A stretch of DNA of 63,627 bases, counting the filler, from Trichosphaerium sp. ATCC 40318 (lineage: Eukaryota > Protista > Tubulinea), in assembly GCA_038496445.1 (NCBI GenBank). It is 3 parts of 3 records of this genome, joined end to end, with 100 filler letters (N's around TTAATTAATTAA, not from the genome) between each part and the next. Parts side by side here need not be neighbours in the genome. Positions count along the whole stretch, not along the records: positions 50,978 to 63,627 come from JALMLS010000495.1; 2 more parts are not named here. One strand, written 5' to 3'. Below are positions 50,978-62,794 of the stretch, piece by piece. Both the position numbers and the translations under genes were made by a program. How positions within the stretch are numbered: the first letter of the stretch is position 1; every line of letters starts with the position of its first letter. The notes under the pieces were generated by a model that did no database searches, was not told where the DNA came from, and worked only from the letters and a program-made list of their open reading frames with translations.

Positions 50978-53900
50978 TGACACACCTTTTAAGAAGATCC
51001 GTAAAAACTGCATTAAGGAGGAAGTCAAGAGTTAGATCTATTTTCTTTGGAGGTACACCGAGAAACAACTGAATTCTTCGTTGTTTTATTTTTGAAAGAA
51101 CGACATTCAAAGTAATGCCTTGTTTTAGGTGTCTCTGAACCTGAATACATGGAAGAGTACGTACTTTTTATTAATACCAGCCAATGCATACTAACGTCTA
51201 TTTGTGCTAAAGTGAGATCATTAAGATTGCTACCAATTGCAAGAACTTAAAGGCTGTCGTAAGTAATGAAATAAGAAAAACGAGATTTTCTTAATTTTTT
51301 TTCTTCTCTTACGTTGTGTAGACTATAGATAGATTATCAAGTAAGGGGATAAGACCACTTCATGGGTTATATATGGGACACCGTACCATGCATAGATTTA
51401 TGTTTGGGATGCAAGATGTGGTATGACAAAAAAGAGAAGACGATTGAACTAACGTACATAACCAATGTTTTAGGTTCACACAGTAAGTGTTAATTGGCTT
51501 ATCGAACTGGCCAAGCATTGTCCACTTGAGCTTATATCAATAAGTAAGCAATTGTGCCATGCTGGCCTTCTTGATGTCGTTACCCATCTTCTTAAAAAGT
51601 GCGTTATCAGATGGACTACTTTAAAGCTGTATTTTTTTGAAGTATTATTGTGTACAACTAATTGTGTTCATTAGAGGTGCCCTTAAGAATTTAAAGCATA
51701 TAAAACTTGGATTATCAACATTTAGAATTGAACTATTTAATCTTCTTAAAGCGTACGACACCAGTCCAACTGATATTTTTCACAAAAGTTTTAACACTGT
51801 TCGATTCACTCTGTTTTTTTTTCATTTCTTTTTTGCACCTTCTTTTTATGACTATTGTCTTTATACTATATATAAGTATAGTATCCATAGTATCAATATG
51901 TAGTTTGACTTGTATTGTAGGTGTAAAACAATTCATATAAATTTTAAAGGAGAATCAAAAGACTATGTTACCATGCTTAATAGCGCCAGCATGCTAAAGA
52001 ATACATCAAGTCTTGCTCTTATGAGTTCAGGTGATTACCGTATATGGAATACTGTAAAGACAGTATTCCATAATGACTTTAAATTAAGTCTTCCAAACAT
52101 AAGGTATGAAAGCAATGTTTTAAGTTATCACTTTCATCAACTGTTACTTAATCATTTCTTTTGTACTGTAGGACACTTAAGATCTCTCAAGTTGATTTTC
52201 AAAAAGACTTCTTTCTTGACTTGCCAATGCTCAGGAAATTAAAATTATCTCAAATCAGCCTTACTAGAGAAGCGGTAAGAAACATACAAACCAATAGCTG
52301 ACATTGATGCTAATTTTTTTTTTCTTCACCTTACAGATAGAACATATTGTAGAACTTACCAAGAATCTTGAATATCTAGACTTGATTGTAGAGTGTCCTG
52401 ATGAAGCACCAACTATTAAGATTGTATCAGAATCTTTGACTACATTAAACTTGGTTAATTATGATGGTATTGTGAGTAGTACTGCCTTCATCATAAGAAG
52501 CTATTTTTAACTCTTTGGGTTTAGATTTCTGTTGAAGCGCCTAAGCTTTTGAGAGCTCTTCTTTATGCAAATCAACTCATAGTTAATTGCGCAAATCTTA
52601 TAAAACTTACAAGTCTATACAGATGTGATATTATAGTATTGAAGTGTCCTAAACTTCGTTTTGCCGAATGCTCTAGACTTCCAGAACTGTACTTCTTTCT
52701 TTTCCCATTTTTTCTTTTTTTTTTTTGTTGCTGGTATCACCGGTGCTTAGTATCTTATTTTCTTCTTCTTTTTCTTTAGGTCAGCGAATACTATTGAAGT
52801 GCTTTCTATCAAGGATAGCAGGAGGAGAATTGAAATGCCTCCAAAGATGAATTTTATTAAACTTCGTCATTTGTCAGTTAATCGTGTTGATATGTTACAG
52901 ACTTCAGAGTTCCCTGTACTGGAGTGTTTCACCGCTACTGGTATGTACTAATATTTTTTACAAATCACATGAAATCGGTTGCTACAACAAGAGACCAAAC
53001 TTGACAATCATCCTGTATTAAACCACGAGCTACCTTTTTTGTTCGGAAGAGTTGAGAAATTTTTTTTCTGAAAATTACAGTCGGTGGGTACTGGAACGTT
53101 ATTGTTTTTTACCCATAAAATACGATAAACAGCTTAGTTTTATTATTCAATAGTAGGCCACTGACATTGAAAATTAGGTAGCAATAAAAAGAGTATTGAT
53201 GCATTGATGAGAAGTAAAAAGTTAAAGTTTTGTACTATTAATGGATTACACAACTCGTTTCCATTCTGCAATGAAACCTTAGTATACTTGGATTTATCAT
53301 TAACATCAAAAGCTCCAGGATCAGTAATAGATTGTCCAAATCTTGTACGTCATTTCCTTAAACCACGCAGTTAACATTTTTCTCATTTTTTTCTTATTTT
53401 TATTTAGAGATATCTTGGCTTTTCTTGTTCTTCTTTGCCTAGACTTTCAAAACGTACATATAAAATCAAGGAATTAAGATTGTCTTCCATGAATCAGATG
53501 AATGTTGTTGAGTTTACAAACATGATTAAACAGTTGAGAAGATTGGAAGCTCTTTATATATTTAACTTTACAGAAGTCACTGAAATAGTCATTCAAAGCA
53601 ATAAGTTGAGTTCTATCAGTACGTATTCATTTACTATGTCTGTATTACATCACATTAGCTCCATATCACTTATTGCTGATCAGTTAACTTTCATCAAATC
53701 TTAGCTTTGAGAAAGGCAAACGCATTGATTTCTTAGCTTGCAGTTTTTTTTTCTTTGTTTTTATCTGTTTCTGCGTTTACTCATCTTGTTGTTTTTATTA
53801 GCACTTCTCCGTACAAAAAGTCTTGAAACTCTTAAATTGAATGCACCAAGATTGGTCAATGCTCATATTCGGGATATACCTCAATTATCATATATATCAT

Positions 53901-54438
53901 GGGGTAATAAGCCAATGAATGCACTTAGTACACTAGATTTAAGTGGAAACTACAGTCTTGGCGATAATGGGCTAAACCTAACTACTTCAAAAGTATTTCC
54001 TTTTCCTAACCTTGTTAATCTTGGACTTGCTTCAACATGTATAAGTATAAAAACACTCAACATAATCAATGAAAACTGTAATTCATTACTCAGGGTACAA
54101 AAAAACAAAGACATGGGCTTGAAACTTTATTTTGTCCAAACGCTTACCCTTTATTTTTCTAGGTCGATGTGAGTTATATTAAAACAATCCAAAACAGAGA
54201 TAGACAGAAAATGCGTTATAAATTAACTGGAAGGCGTGGTGTCAGAGATAATATCCCAGGAGCCCGTAAGTAACTTTTCTGTTTACAAACTTTTTGTTGT
54301 TGCTAGTTTGTAGCTAAACTAAAATTATTTCTAGAGTCATCACTACATTGTACAGAGTATAGTAAACATATCAAAGGTGTTGATGCTATTCTTAAACGTC
54401 CTACAATTGGAAGATTTGATAGAAATGGCCGATATTAA
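50978..54438 (+). CDS. Leucine-rich repeat (FBXL/RNI-like) protein, 5' end lost in the gap
   Basis: Many short exons with NLEYLDL, CPKLRF, LETLKLNAPRL, LSTLDLSGN, FPNLVNLGLAST; stop TAA 54436-54438. Confidence 0.75.
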
Positions 54439-55300
54439 GTCAGAACATAGTTATTTATTATGGAGGAACTTGGGCGTTATTTTCGGACACTTAGAAGAAG
54501 TTGTAGTGGTTCTCAAAAAAGATACTTAGTATCTCGAGTTTTTACCTTGTAAACGTTGATTGATGAGTTGCTTTCAGAGCTTTAGAAACTTATACTGCAG
54601 TCTCATACATTGTTGAGTGCAATCGGCCAACCATTTTTTAGTTTTACATCTTCACACCATGTAATCACATGGCTTTCGGCCCAAGTCGTCCATTTTCATG
54701 TCATGATTTAGCTTCACCATGTAGGTTACCATCACAAATTGACCATACTACACACTTGTGTTAACAGTATACAACTGAAACAACGATTTTGTTTGCTACT
54801 CATGTGTAGTTTAGACGCTCAATATGTAGTACAGGCTCACAATTCTAAGTCACTGGCCGTATGTTTGACGCTTAAGCAAACAATAAGCCAATTGAAAGGC
54901 ACAACACAACGGCTAAGAATTGAACACCATGCAAACCGCATAACCAATGAACACATCAAACACGGAAAAAATAAGACAAAAGTATCCCTGTAACAGCATT
55001 CCCAATTGATAGAGGCAAATAAGAACATAAAAAAAGGCAGAATCGAACAATCCTGTTCAAAGACCTGCCTTAACAAAACAATAAACTAACTAACACAACA
55101 CAACGGCTATGCTCTTGCGTGGGCTTCTTACGCCACGCACCCGAGTTTACCAGACGTACCAAGAGTATTTAACAGGCACACACAAACTAATTCAACCCAA
55201 AAGCAGTCGCAAATGCCAAATACGGCGTAATCGAAGGGACCAGAGGCATATTTCGACAACGTCGATTCGTAGATGTACAATTAGTTCTTTGGCTGATATT

Positions 55301-57079
55301 ATGAGCTACAGAGACAGCTACAGCGAAAAAACAACTTATAAAGACCCTTTGGATTTGTCTAAGAACGGAAAACGAGAGTACAACGTTACAATTTGTAAGT
55401 CAATTTTTACTTTTTTTGACTCAACGGTCGTGACTAAAAATACCAAGCGTCAACTTTAAAGGAAATGTCGAATCACTACGAGAATCAAAACGTATTACAG
55501 TCACTCTGGAGTATGGAACCTGAAAAAGAAATTCCAGATACACTACATGTACCTACTATTTATGCTGCAACCACCAGCGTTTACCATAAGTGTTCGTTTA
55601 CATTCAAACCCACAAAATCTGACTTTGTTGAAATTGATATTATTCGAGAAGGTGAGGCTATAACTCCAAACAACAAAGGTAAGTTACTCACTATCACGTG
55701 TTGAAAAACCGCCCTACCCTTTTTCATTATTGTAATTTCAGCAAGTGAATATATGGTTGCCACACATGTACATTCTCAACTGTATTCCAAATCGTAACAT
55801 TGGCTGTACAGTTAACTCAAAAGTATTTTAGACTTTTTTTTGTGTTGTTAAGGGTTCTTAAGCTAAGTGCGGTTTTTAGCACAGTTTTATACTGAAGCAA
55901 TGCGCATGTTAATGTACTTACATTATGCAACCTATGTACCAATCGGCTATACGGGTAGCGTAAATAGTCTCCGAATATCAGATATAATCTTTAAATTCAT
56001 AAACCAGTCAGAAGTACCTCTGGATTTATACGAAAGGCTTAAATATGATGGAGAATTTGCTACGCTCTACTTTTCGATTTTTTCAAGACATGGTCTTAAG
56101 AGTTTGATATTGCACCATGTATTGGTTAATCTACCAGAATTGCAATGGGCAGAGAAGTTTCCCCGTGTGTGGACCTCTCACAAGTGAGTAGCGATATCAC
56201 ACTTTTTTTTTTCTTTTTCTTATTATTTTCTACTAGCGAGCCAGTACTGGATTTTCAAATGGATGCAATGAACGTGTGTGTTAGAAGCTTAACCAACTCA
56301 AATAGTACATAGCCACTGATTTGATTCTTTTAGCGTCCACCTTATGAGCATAGAAGTTTGTTTTACGACGAAACATTTGCTAGCATAGAGCTTTCGGTTA
56401 AGAGAGTTTTTATCTTCAATCTAAGTATGTGCTCTATTAATAGACTTGACATATTTCTTTATATATTTAACAATTGAAGATTAATCCTTTCCCCTTTTAA
56501 TTAATATATTTAGACCGAAAGATGTTGCTTGGCTATGTCGAGCACATGGACAAACATAATTACTTTAAACTTCATAAAAAATACGGTACTCCTCCTCTTT
56601 TTGAGCCTTTTTTTCCACTTGAGGCAAAGATTGATTGGATGCGATACTTGTCCCGTTTCACGCTGATAAGACTACTTCCTCGCAGACTTCGACTGTGGCT
56701 ATTGCTTGAATGTAGGATTTCACTATGGGACCGTGCGAAGGTGCAGATGCTAGAGCAAGTTGTCAAGAAATTGAGATTAGAACAGAAGGAGAAAGGAAAA
56801 ACGATCAAGAAATTGAGATTAGAATGGGAGGAGATAAAAAGAAAAAAAGATGAGAAATTGAGATTAAAACTGGAGGAGATAAAAAGAAAAATAGAGGAGA
56901 AAGAAAAAAGGAACAAGAAATTGAGATTAGAACAGGAGGAGAAAGAAAAAAGGATCAAGAAATTGAGATTAGAACGGGAGGAGATAAAAAGAAAAATAGA
57001 TGAGAAATTGAGATTAAAACTGGAGGAGAAAGAAAAAAGGAACAAGAAAATGTTTAAAAACACGAAAACGAAACATTAG
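55301..57079 (+). CDS. Hypothetical multi-exon protein with repetitive Lys/Glu coiled-coil tail
   Basis: Co-linear ORF pieces 55109-55704, 55867-56187 and 56522-57079 with splice-like boundaries; AATAAA downstream. Start uncertain. Confidence 0.55.
56764..57049 (+). repeat. Coding tandem repeat (150-bp period, 42-45-bp subunits)
   Basis: AGAAATTGAGATTA recurs six times; blocks starting at 56764 and 56914 are near-identical and encode KLRL repeats. Confidence 0.85.
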
Positions 57080-57137
57080 ATCTTGAACAATCTTATAAAT
57101 AAATCACCTACACGTGACGAGTATAAAAGAGTATTTA

Positions 57138-57228
57138 TGTAAAGACTAAAACCGTCACGTGATATCAACTAATTTATTCTGCTCTAAGTGAGCTCATGTA
57201 CATTAAGTTACATTATTTACTCCTTACA
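57138..57228 (-). repeat. Probable 3' LTR of element 2 (~91 bp)
   Basis: Minus strand TGTAAGGA...CTTTACA with AATAAA, directly after PPT AGAAAGAGGGGAG (57232-57244); first 8 nt match the element 1 LTR. The partner LTR is not visible, so the outer end is inferred. Confidence 0.75.
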
Positions 57229-57393
57229 TAACTCCCCTCTTTCTTTAGAGCGTGTCCTCACGTGAGAGTGTTGAACTCCATCAGTTTTAGATGACTCTTT
57301 GGTTCACGTAATTCTATCTTTACTGTTTACTTGACTGAGATATTGGAAACCCTTAGCAACCATTAAACCATAAATATGGAGGTCAATTTATAT

Positions 57394-60300
57394 CTAGTCT
57401 CGTAAACGCCTCTCTCTTTTAAACACTTCTTTCTCTTCTTTTATAATCCTCTGTAACCATTTAATAAAACTCCCATTTGTATTACACTTGGACATTTGTG
57501 ATAATAGCTCCTTCTGCGTGCTACTGCTTCGCATGTAAGGGCTACCTTTATCAATCAAACTTTTCACAATGGATTTGTTATCATCTTTAGTTACTATCCT
57601 GGCTGATTGCAACACATCTCGCAATAGCTCTAAAAGGATGTCTATCCGATGTTCATATCCTCTTCGTGAGTCCTTCACTGGTTCCCTACTCTCTTTATCT
57701 TCTTGCGTTGCTCTTCTTATCTGTTTTGTCAGCTCTTTCGTGGCTGTAATTTCATCTCCTGACTCTCTTAATACTCTCTCCTCCTCATCAACGAAGTTCT
57801 CACTCCTGTCTTGGTCATGAAATTCTACCTCTCTGCCTTCAAACTTACGCATTACTTCATCTTTGTCCGGAGCCCCTTCCGGTCTCAAAAATGAGTCAAT
57901 GTATGGTTTTAGGCGTCTGAAGTTGATAACACGACTCATTCTACTAGCTTCTGGCAGATTGATCAATGCTGTATTAGCACCCATCAACTCCAAAATCTCA
58001 TAGGGACCTCTCCATCGTTTTGCTAGCTTCTGTTTTTGTCCTACTTTCACCTGAGGTACGAATACATACACTAACTGCCCTGGCTTGAAGTTTACATGAC
58101 GTGTTCGTTCATTGTAATACTTCGCCTGTTGCTTTTTAGCTTTGAGGATGTGTTCTCTCGCTATTTGGTATGCGTAACGCAATCTATGTGCTAACACTTC
58201 TGCCCAATTACCCATATTGTATTTATCTTCGATCTCAATGATTTCGTTAGATATCATATCTATGGGTAACCTGGGTTCTCTGCCAAACATCATTGCATAT
58301 GGAGCATATCCAGTTGCATGGTGGACTGCTGTTCTGTATGCATATAACGCGTATGGTACCCAGTAGTCCCAGTCATTTTGTTTTTCATTAACAAATGCTC
58401 TGAGAATTTCTACTAGAGTGTGATTAAATCGTTCTACCTGTCCATCTGTCTGTGGATGGAAAGCTGCTGTTCTACTACCTTCAATTCGTAGTATTTTGAA
58501 CACTTCTTTCATGAGGTCTCCTGTGAAGTCACCTCCTTGATCTGTCAACACTCTATTTGGTATACCATACCGAAAACAAAACTCTTTCACAAATATTGGT
58601 GCTACGTCTACTGCTTTATGTCTAGGTATTGCATACGCATCTACCCATTTAGTAAAGTGATCTGTGATCACCAGTAGATATTTGTTGCCTTTACGTGTCT
58701 CTGGTAAGGGTCCAACAATATCCATAGCTACCAATTGCATCGGTTCCAGTATCGGAAAATTCACTAGGAAACCTGGTTTTGGTAATCGTGATATTTTACC
58801 TCTCTGACACGAACGACATGTACGACACCACTCCTTTGTGTCTGAATATACACCTGCCCAATAAAATCGTTGTATTACTTTAGCATATGTCTTCACAAAT
58901 CCTAGATGTCCTGCAAAAGGCAAATCATGACATTGTCGAAGTACGTATGGCTGTAAAGCTTGAGGTACAACTATTTGTAATGGTGCTTTGTTTCCGAACC
59001 CTCCTCGCGATCTATTAACATGGTACAGCACTCCTGTATCCATGTCATATTTTAATCTACGAGCAAAGGTAACAAACACGTCTCTTCTAAAGTTCTTTTG
59101 TTTCATGACATATGGAGGGACTTTTCCTTTAGTTAAAAACTGGATGTATGCTGTAAGTTCAGGGTCTTTTGCCTGACACTCCGACCAGTTAATATGTTCC
59201 GTCTCCTTTTCTTTTTCTAATACATTCAACACATGTTTCACACTATGGTCTACTTCAAATGAGTAGTCTTTATGCCATAATGACACTGCTTCCATTCTTC
59301 GTGATGAGTATTGATTAATACTATCATCCGATATAGCATTTAACTCTTCTTGTGCCCACGGAGCTCTTGTCAGTGCATCCGCGTCTGTATGGGTGACACC
59401 CTTTTTATACACTAACACGAAATCGAATTGTTGTATTTTTAACAGCCACCTTGCTAACATAGGTCGAGGATTAGGTAAATCCTGTAGATATTGTAGCGGT
59501 TTGTGATCTGTGTATACAATCAATTTGAATTTAGCAAACGACAGGTATCCTCTAAACTCTTCTAACGCTAACACAATACCCAACATCTCTCTCTCAATGG
59601 TAGAATAATTCTTCTGTGGTTTAGAGAATGTCTTGCTGAAATATGCAATGACATGTTCTCTTTTACCATGTCTCTGTACTAACGTTGCACCAGCTGCTAC
59701 ATTGGAGGCATCTACATGAATTTCAAACGGCTTTGAGAAGTCTGGATGCTTCAAGATAGGTGGTGATGACAACAGGTCTTTGATTTTCTCATAAGCCTTT
59801 TGTTGTTCTTTACCCCAGTACCACTTGATGTCTTTGTTCCGTAATCGATTGATCGGTTCTACAATCTGTGCGTATTTTGGTACAAATTTGCGATAATACC
59901 CTGTAAGACCTAAGCAGCGAGCTACTTCTTCTTTACTTGTAGGTCTTTTCGCTCTTTGTATTGCATCCGTTATACGAGGATTTGTAGATATCCCATCAGC
60001 GCTCACGATATGGCCCAAAAACTCAACTTGATCTTTAAATAAAACTGATTTCTTCGCCTTCAATTTCATGTTATGTTCCTCCAATCTCTCGAACAATAAT
60101 TTCAGGTGTACTAGATGTTCTTCAAAGGTATTACTGAACACTATAATATCGTCGACGTAACAAAGACACGTCTGCCAGAGTAGGCCTGACAACATCAGGT
60201 TCATATGTCTTTGAAAAGTTGCTTGCGCATTCTTAAGACCAAAGGGCATACCGACGCACTCGAACAGACCCCACTCTGTGGCAAAGGCTGTCTTATCAGC

Positions 60301-62760
60301 ATCGTCTGCATGCATTCGGATCTGCCAATACCCGGAGATTGCATCAAACGTACTGAAGAACTTAGCTCCAGCCAGTGCATTCATTAGATCATTTACTCTT
60401 GGTAACGGATGTACGTCCTTTTTCGTCACCTTGTTGAGTTGTCTGAAGTCAATGCAGAATCTCCATTCTCCATTGTTCTTTTTAACTAACACAACTGGTG
60501 AGGACCACTCTGATTTGGAGTACTTGATCTGTTTGTTCTCTAGCATCTTTTCTATTTCTGCTTTTGCGATTTCTCTTTGTTTTGGGTTCATTCTTCTGTA
60601 CGGCATACTAACCGGTCTCGTGCCTTTGTCAACAGGTATTCGGTGTTGTATTCCTTTAACCGCTCCTGTCTCCTTCAATGAATCGACAAATATGTGTTGG
60701 TAGCTCGCCATGAATTTGAAAGCTTGCAACTTTTGTTTTTCAGTGAGTCGGTTCCCGTTGACTTTGAATCTCTTTTGAGCTGCTTTGACATCTTCCATTG
60801 TTACATTTGCACACGCCCTTGCTATGTCTTTCTTTTGTTTATCATAGTCAAAGTTCAATGAGCATACTTCTTCTCCTACACCCAACGCAGCAAAACTCGC
60901 AATGTTATACTTCGCTGGTATCCTCCTTTCTACATTACTCGGGTTCATGACACGCACTCTAACCGTTCTTTTTCTAGCTCTGTCCACTGATCGACACAAC
61001 TGTAGACCCAGGTCATTCAATAATGCCGCGTGTCCACCTTTATCTTCCAGTCTATGTGGTTCTACTATACCCACTTTTTCATTGACTGGAATAGATAATT
61101 TGGCCACGAACGTACATTGTGAGTAAGCTGGTATCTTAACAGCGTTAGTTGTCAAAACGTTAGCAAACTCTGTCCTTCTATCATTCACTTGAGTACACGT
61201 TATAGGTGTCTCATCACCCTTGTAGTTGTGTAACAACAACCGACCATAATCCAAGCACATGCCCCATCTCTTCAGCATTGTTGTTCCTAACAATATCTTG
61301 TACTTGAAGTTGTTGATGACAAAGCATGTCACAGGCATAGGCGTCTTACCGATCGCGATGGTTAACTTGATCACTCCCATCGATGGTATTTGTTTGTTAT
61401 CTGCTGTGTAAATAGGTGGTGATGTTTTAGGTATAATACTTTTAGTCAGTCCCAACCTTTTTACCAGTCTTGAATCAACAATACACATGGATGCTCCTGA
61501 ATCCATCAACGCATTAACTCTCACACCATTTACACTCACGTGCGCCTTTGTAACTGTATAATGAAACGCTTTGTTCTCACTCAACTCCTCACACATGTTC
61601 AAGAAATTCGCTGAAGTAGACAAGTGACATGACTGATCAACCGAGGCCTTATACCAAAAACTTTTATTATCTCTTCTACTTCTACTCCTACTTCTACTCC
61701 TACTCCTGTTACGACTCCTATCACGGCTTCTCTCGCGACTCCTCTCACGTCTCCTATCACGGCTTCTGTCACGGCTCCTTTCACGGCTCCTGTCACGCCT
61801 GTCACGTCTGTCACGTCGGTCGCGATCATCTCTTCTATCTCGGCGATCTTCCTCATCTCTGTCGTATCCATCACCATCTTCTTCACCGTCCACATCCATC
61901 GCGTTCAGTTGTAGTCGCGTAGGACACACATCTTGAAAGTGACCAATGCCTCCACATCTGTAACATTTGATGTTGATACGTGGTCTCGGTTGGGAAGGTC
62001 TACGATATTTGTCGATTTGATCTCGACCTTCGTAGCCTCTCCTTTTACCGTAGCCACCGTATCCACCATATCTGCGACCACCACCACGTTTACCGCGTCC
62101 ACCACCACCGCCTTGACGTCGTTGATCACGCCACTGTGCTTGTTGAGCATTGCGGTCATAATCATCCGTACGTCTTCTCTTCGTGTCTCGCTCGTCATCA
62201 TTGTCAGAGCCGTTTCTCTTCGTTGCCACCGAGTTTAGCGTCTCTATTCTCGATTTCTCTATCGCTGCCTTCAATCGTTTGCGTTCTTCATCCTTTCTCT
62301 TCTGTTCTGTATCGCCCAACTCCTTCTTATATGTGTACCAAGATGCTATCTTGTACACTGCAGCCATAGACGTATCTTGCAGCTTTTCTTTAAGCGTATC
62401 TACAATATACTGTCTCATCTCTGTACCAACACACTTCAGAAACGCCGTTGCCTTCTCCTTGTCGGTCATCATCGCTTTATCCGCCAAACTGAGAAAGTAT
62501 TCATAAAATTTGGATACATTCTGGTTTTCTCGGATACGCGTTTGAGCTACTTTCTCTTTAGCTCGCATCATGTTAACCACCGTCTGGAAGCTATCCAATA
62601 AACTATAGATCGCCAACGCGTAATTCTTGTCGAACTTCAAACTCCTGATGACTCGATGGGCTCGTCCTTTTATCCGAGAGCGTAGTACGTACACGCATGC
62701 TTCTTGGTTGCATTTGAACGTTGTACAGTACCTTTGCATCCTCGCCAAAAATTCTTCCAA
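57394..62760 (-). CDS. gag-pol: Gag-Pol polyprotein of element 2
   Basis: CYRCGGIGHFQDVC knuckle, MDSGAS, YVDD, DAS/IEREML/TDH/DALTR, HHCC, MDIVGP/TDQG/GQVERFN, GPY; open for 1788 codons. Confidence 0.96.
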   Translation of the reverse strand: MEEFLARMQRYCTTFKCNQEACVYVLRSRIKGRAHRVIRSLKFDKNYALAIYSLLDSFQTVVNMMRAKEKVAQTRIRENQNVSKFYEYFLSLADKAMMTDKEKATAFLKCVGTEMRQYIVDTLKEKLQDTSMAAVYKIASWYTYKKELGDTEQKRKDEERKRLKAAIEKSRIETLNSVATKRNGSDNDDERDTKRRRTDDYDRNAQQAQWRDQRRQGGGGGRGKRGGGRRYGGYGGYGKRRGYEGRDQIDKYRRPSQPRPRINIKCYRCGGIGHFQDVCPTRLQLNAMDVDGEEDGDGYDRDEEDRRDRRDDRDRRDRRDRRDRSRERSRDRSRDRRRERSRERSRDRSRNRSRSRSRSRSRRDNKSFWYKASVDQSCHLSTSANFLNMCEELSENKAFHYTVTKAHVSVNGVRVNALMDSGASMCIVDSRLVKRLGLTKSIIPKTSPPIYTADNKQIPSMGVIKLTIAIGKTPMPVTCFVINNFKYKILLGTTMLKRWGMCLDYGRLLLHNYKGDETPITCTQVNDRRTEFANVLTTNAVKIPAYSQCTFVAKLSIPVNEKVGIVEPHRLEDKGGHAALLNDLGLQLCRSVDRARKRTVRVRVMNPSNVERRIPAKYNIASFAALGVGEEVCSLNFDYDKQKKDIARACANVTMEDVKAAQKRFKVNGNRLTEKQKLQAFKFMASYQHIFVDSLKETGAVKGIQHRIPVDKGTRPVSMPYRRMNPKQREIAKAEIEKMLENKQIKYSKSEWSSPVVLVKKNNGEWRFCIDFRQLNKVTKKDVHPLPRVNDLMNALAGAKFFSTFDAISGYWQIRMHADDADKTAFATEWGLFECVGMPFGLKNAQATFQRHMNLMLSGLLWQTCLCYVDDIIVFSNTFEEHLVHLKLLFERLEEHNMKLKAKKSVLFKDQVEFLGHIVSADGISTNPRITDAIQRAKRPTSKEEVARCLGLTGYYRKFVPKYAQIVEPINRLRNKDIKWYWGKEQQKAYEKIKDLLSSPPILKHPDFSKPFEIHVDASNVAAGATLVQRHGKREHVIAYFSKTFSKPQKNYSTIEREMLGIVLALEEFRGYLSFAKFKLIVYTDHKPLQYLQDLPNPRPMLARWLLKIQQFDFVLVYKKGVTHTDADALTRAPWAQEELNAISDDSINQYSSRRMEAVSLWHKDYSFEVDHSVKHVLNVLEKEKETEHINWSECQAKDPELTAYIQFLTKGKVPPYVMKQKNFRRDVFVTFARRLKYDMDTGVLYHVNRSRGGFGNKAPLQIVVPQALQPYVLRQCHDLPFAGHLGFVKTYAKVIQRFYWAGVYSDTKEWCRTCRSCQRGKISRLPKPGFLVNFPILEPMQLVAMDIVGPLPETRKGNKYLLVITDHFTKWVDAYAIPRHKAVDVAPIFVKEFCFRYGIPNRVLTDQGGDFTGDLMKEVFKILRIEGSRTAAFHPQTDGQVERFNHTLVEILRAFVNEKQNDWDYWVPYALYAYRTAVHHATGYAPYAMMFGREPRLPIDMISNEIIEIEDKYNMGNWAEVLAHRLRYAYQIAREHILKAKKQQAKYYNERTRHVNFKPGQLVYVFVPQVKVGQKQKLAKRWRGPYEILELMGANTALINLPEASRMSRVINFRRLKPYIDSFLRPEGAPDKDEVMRKFEGREVEFHDQDRSENFVDEEERVLRESGDEITATKELTKQIRRATQEDKESREPVKDSRRGYEHRIDILLELLRDVLQSARIVTKDDNKSIVKSLIDKGSPYMRSSSTQKELLSQMSKCNTNGSFIKWLQRIIKEEKEVFKRERRLRD

Positions 62761-62794
62761 CTCTCCATGATCATTGAAAATACCTCGATGTCGG

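Noticed and set aside
56572-57063. 163-aa Phe/Ser/Leu-rich minus-strand ORF that looks like a membrane protein
   Set aside because: Antisense of the Lys/Glu repeat exon.
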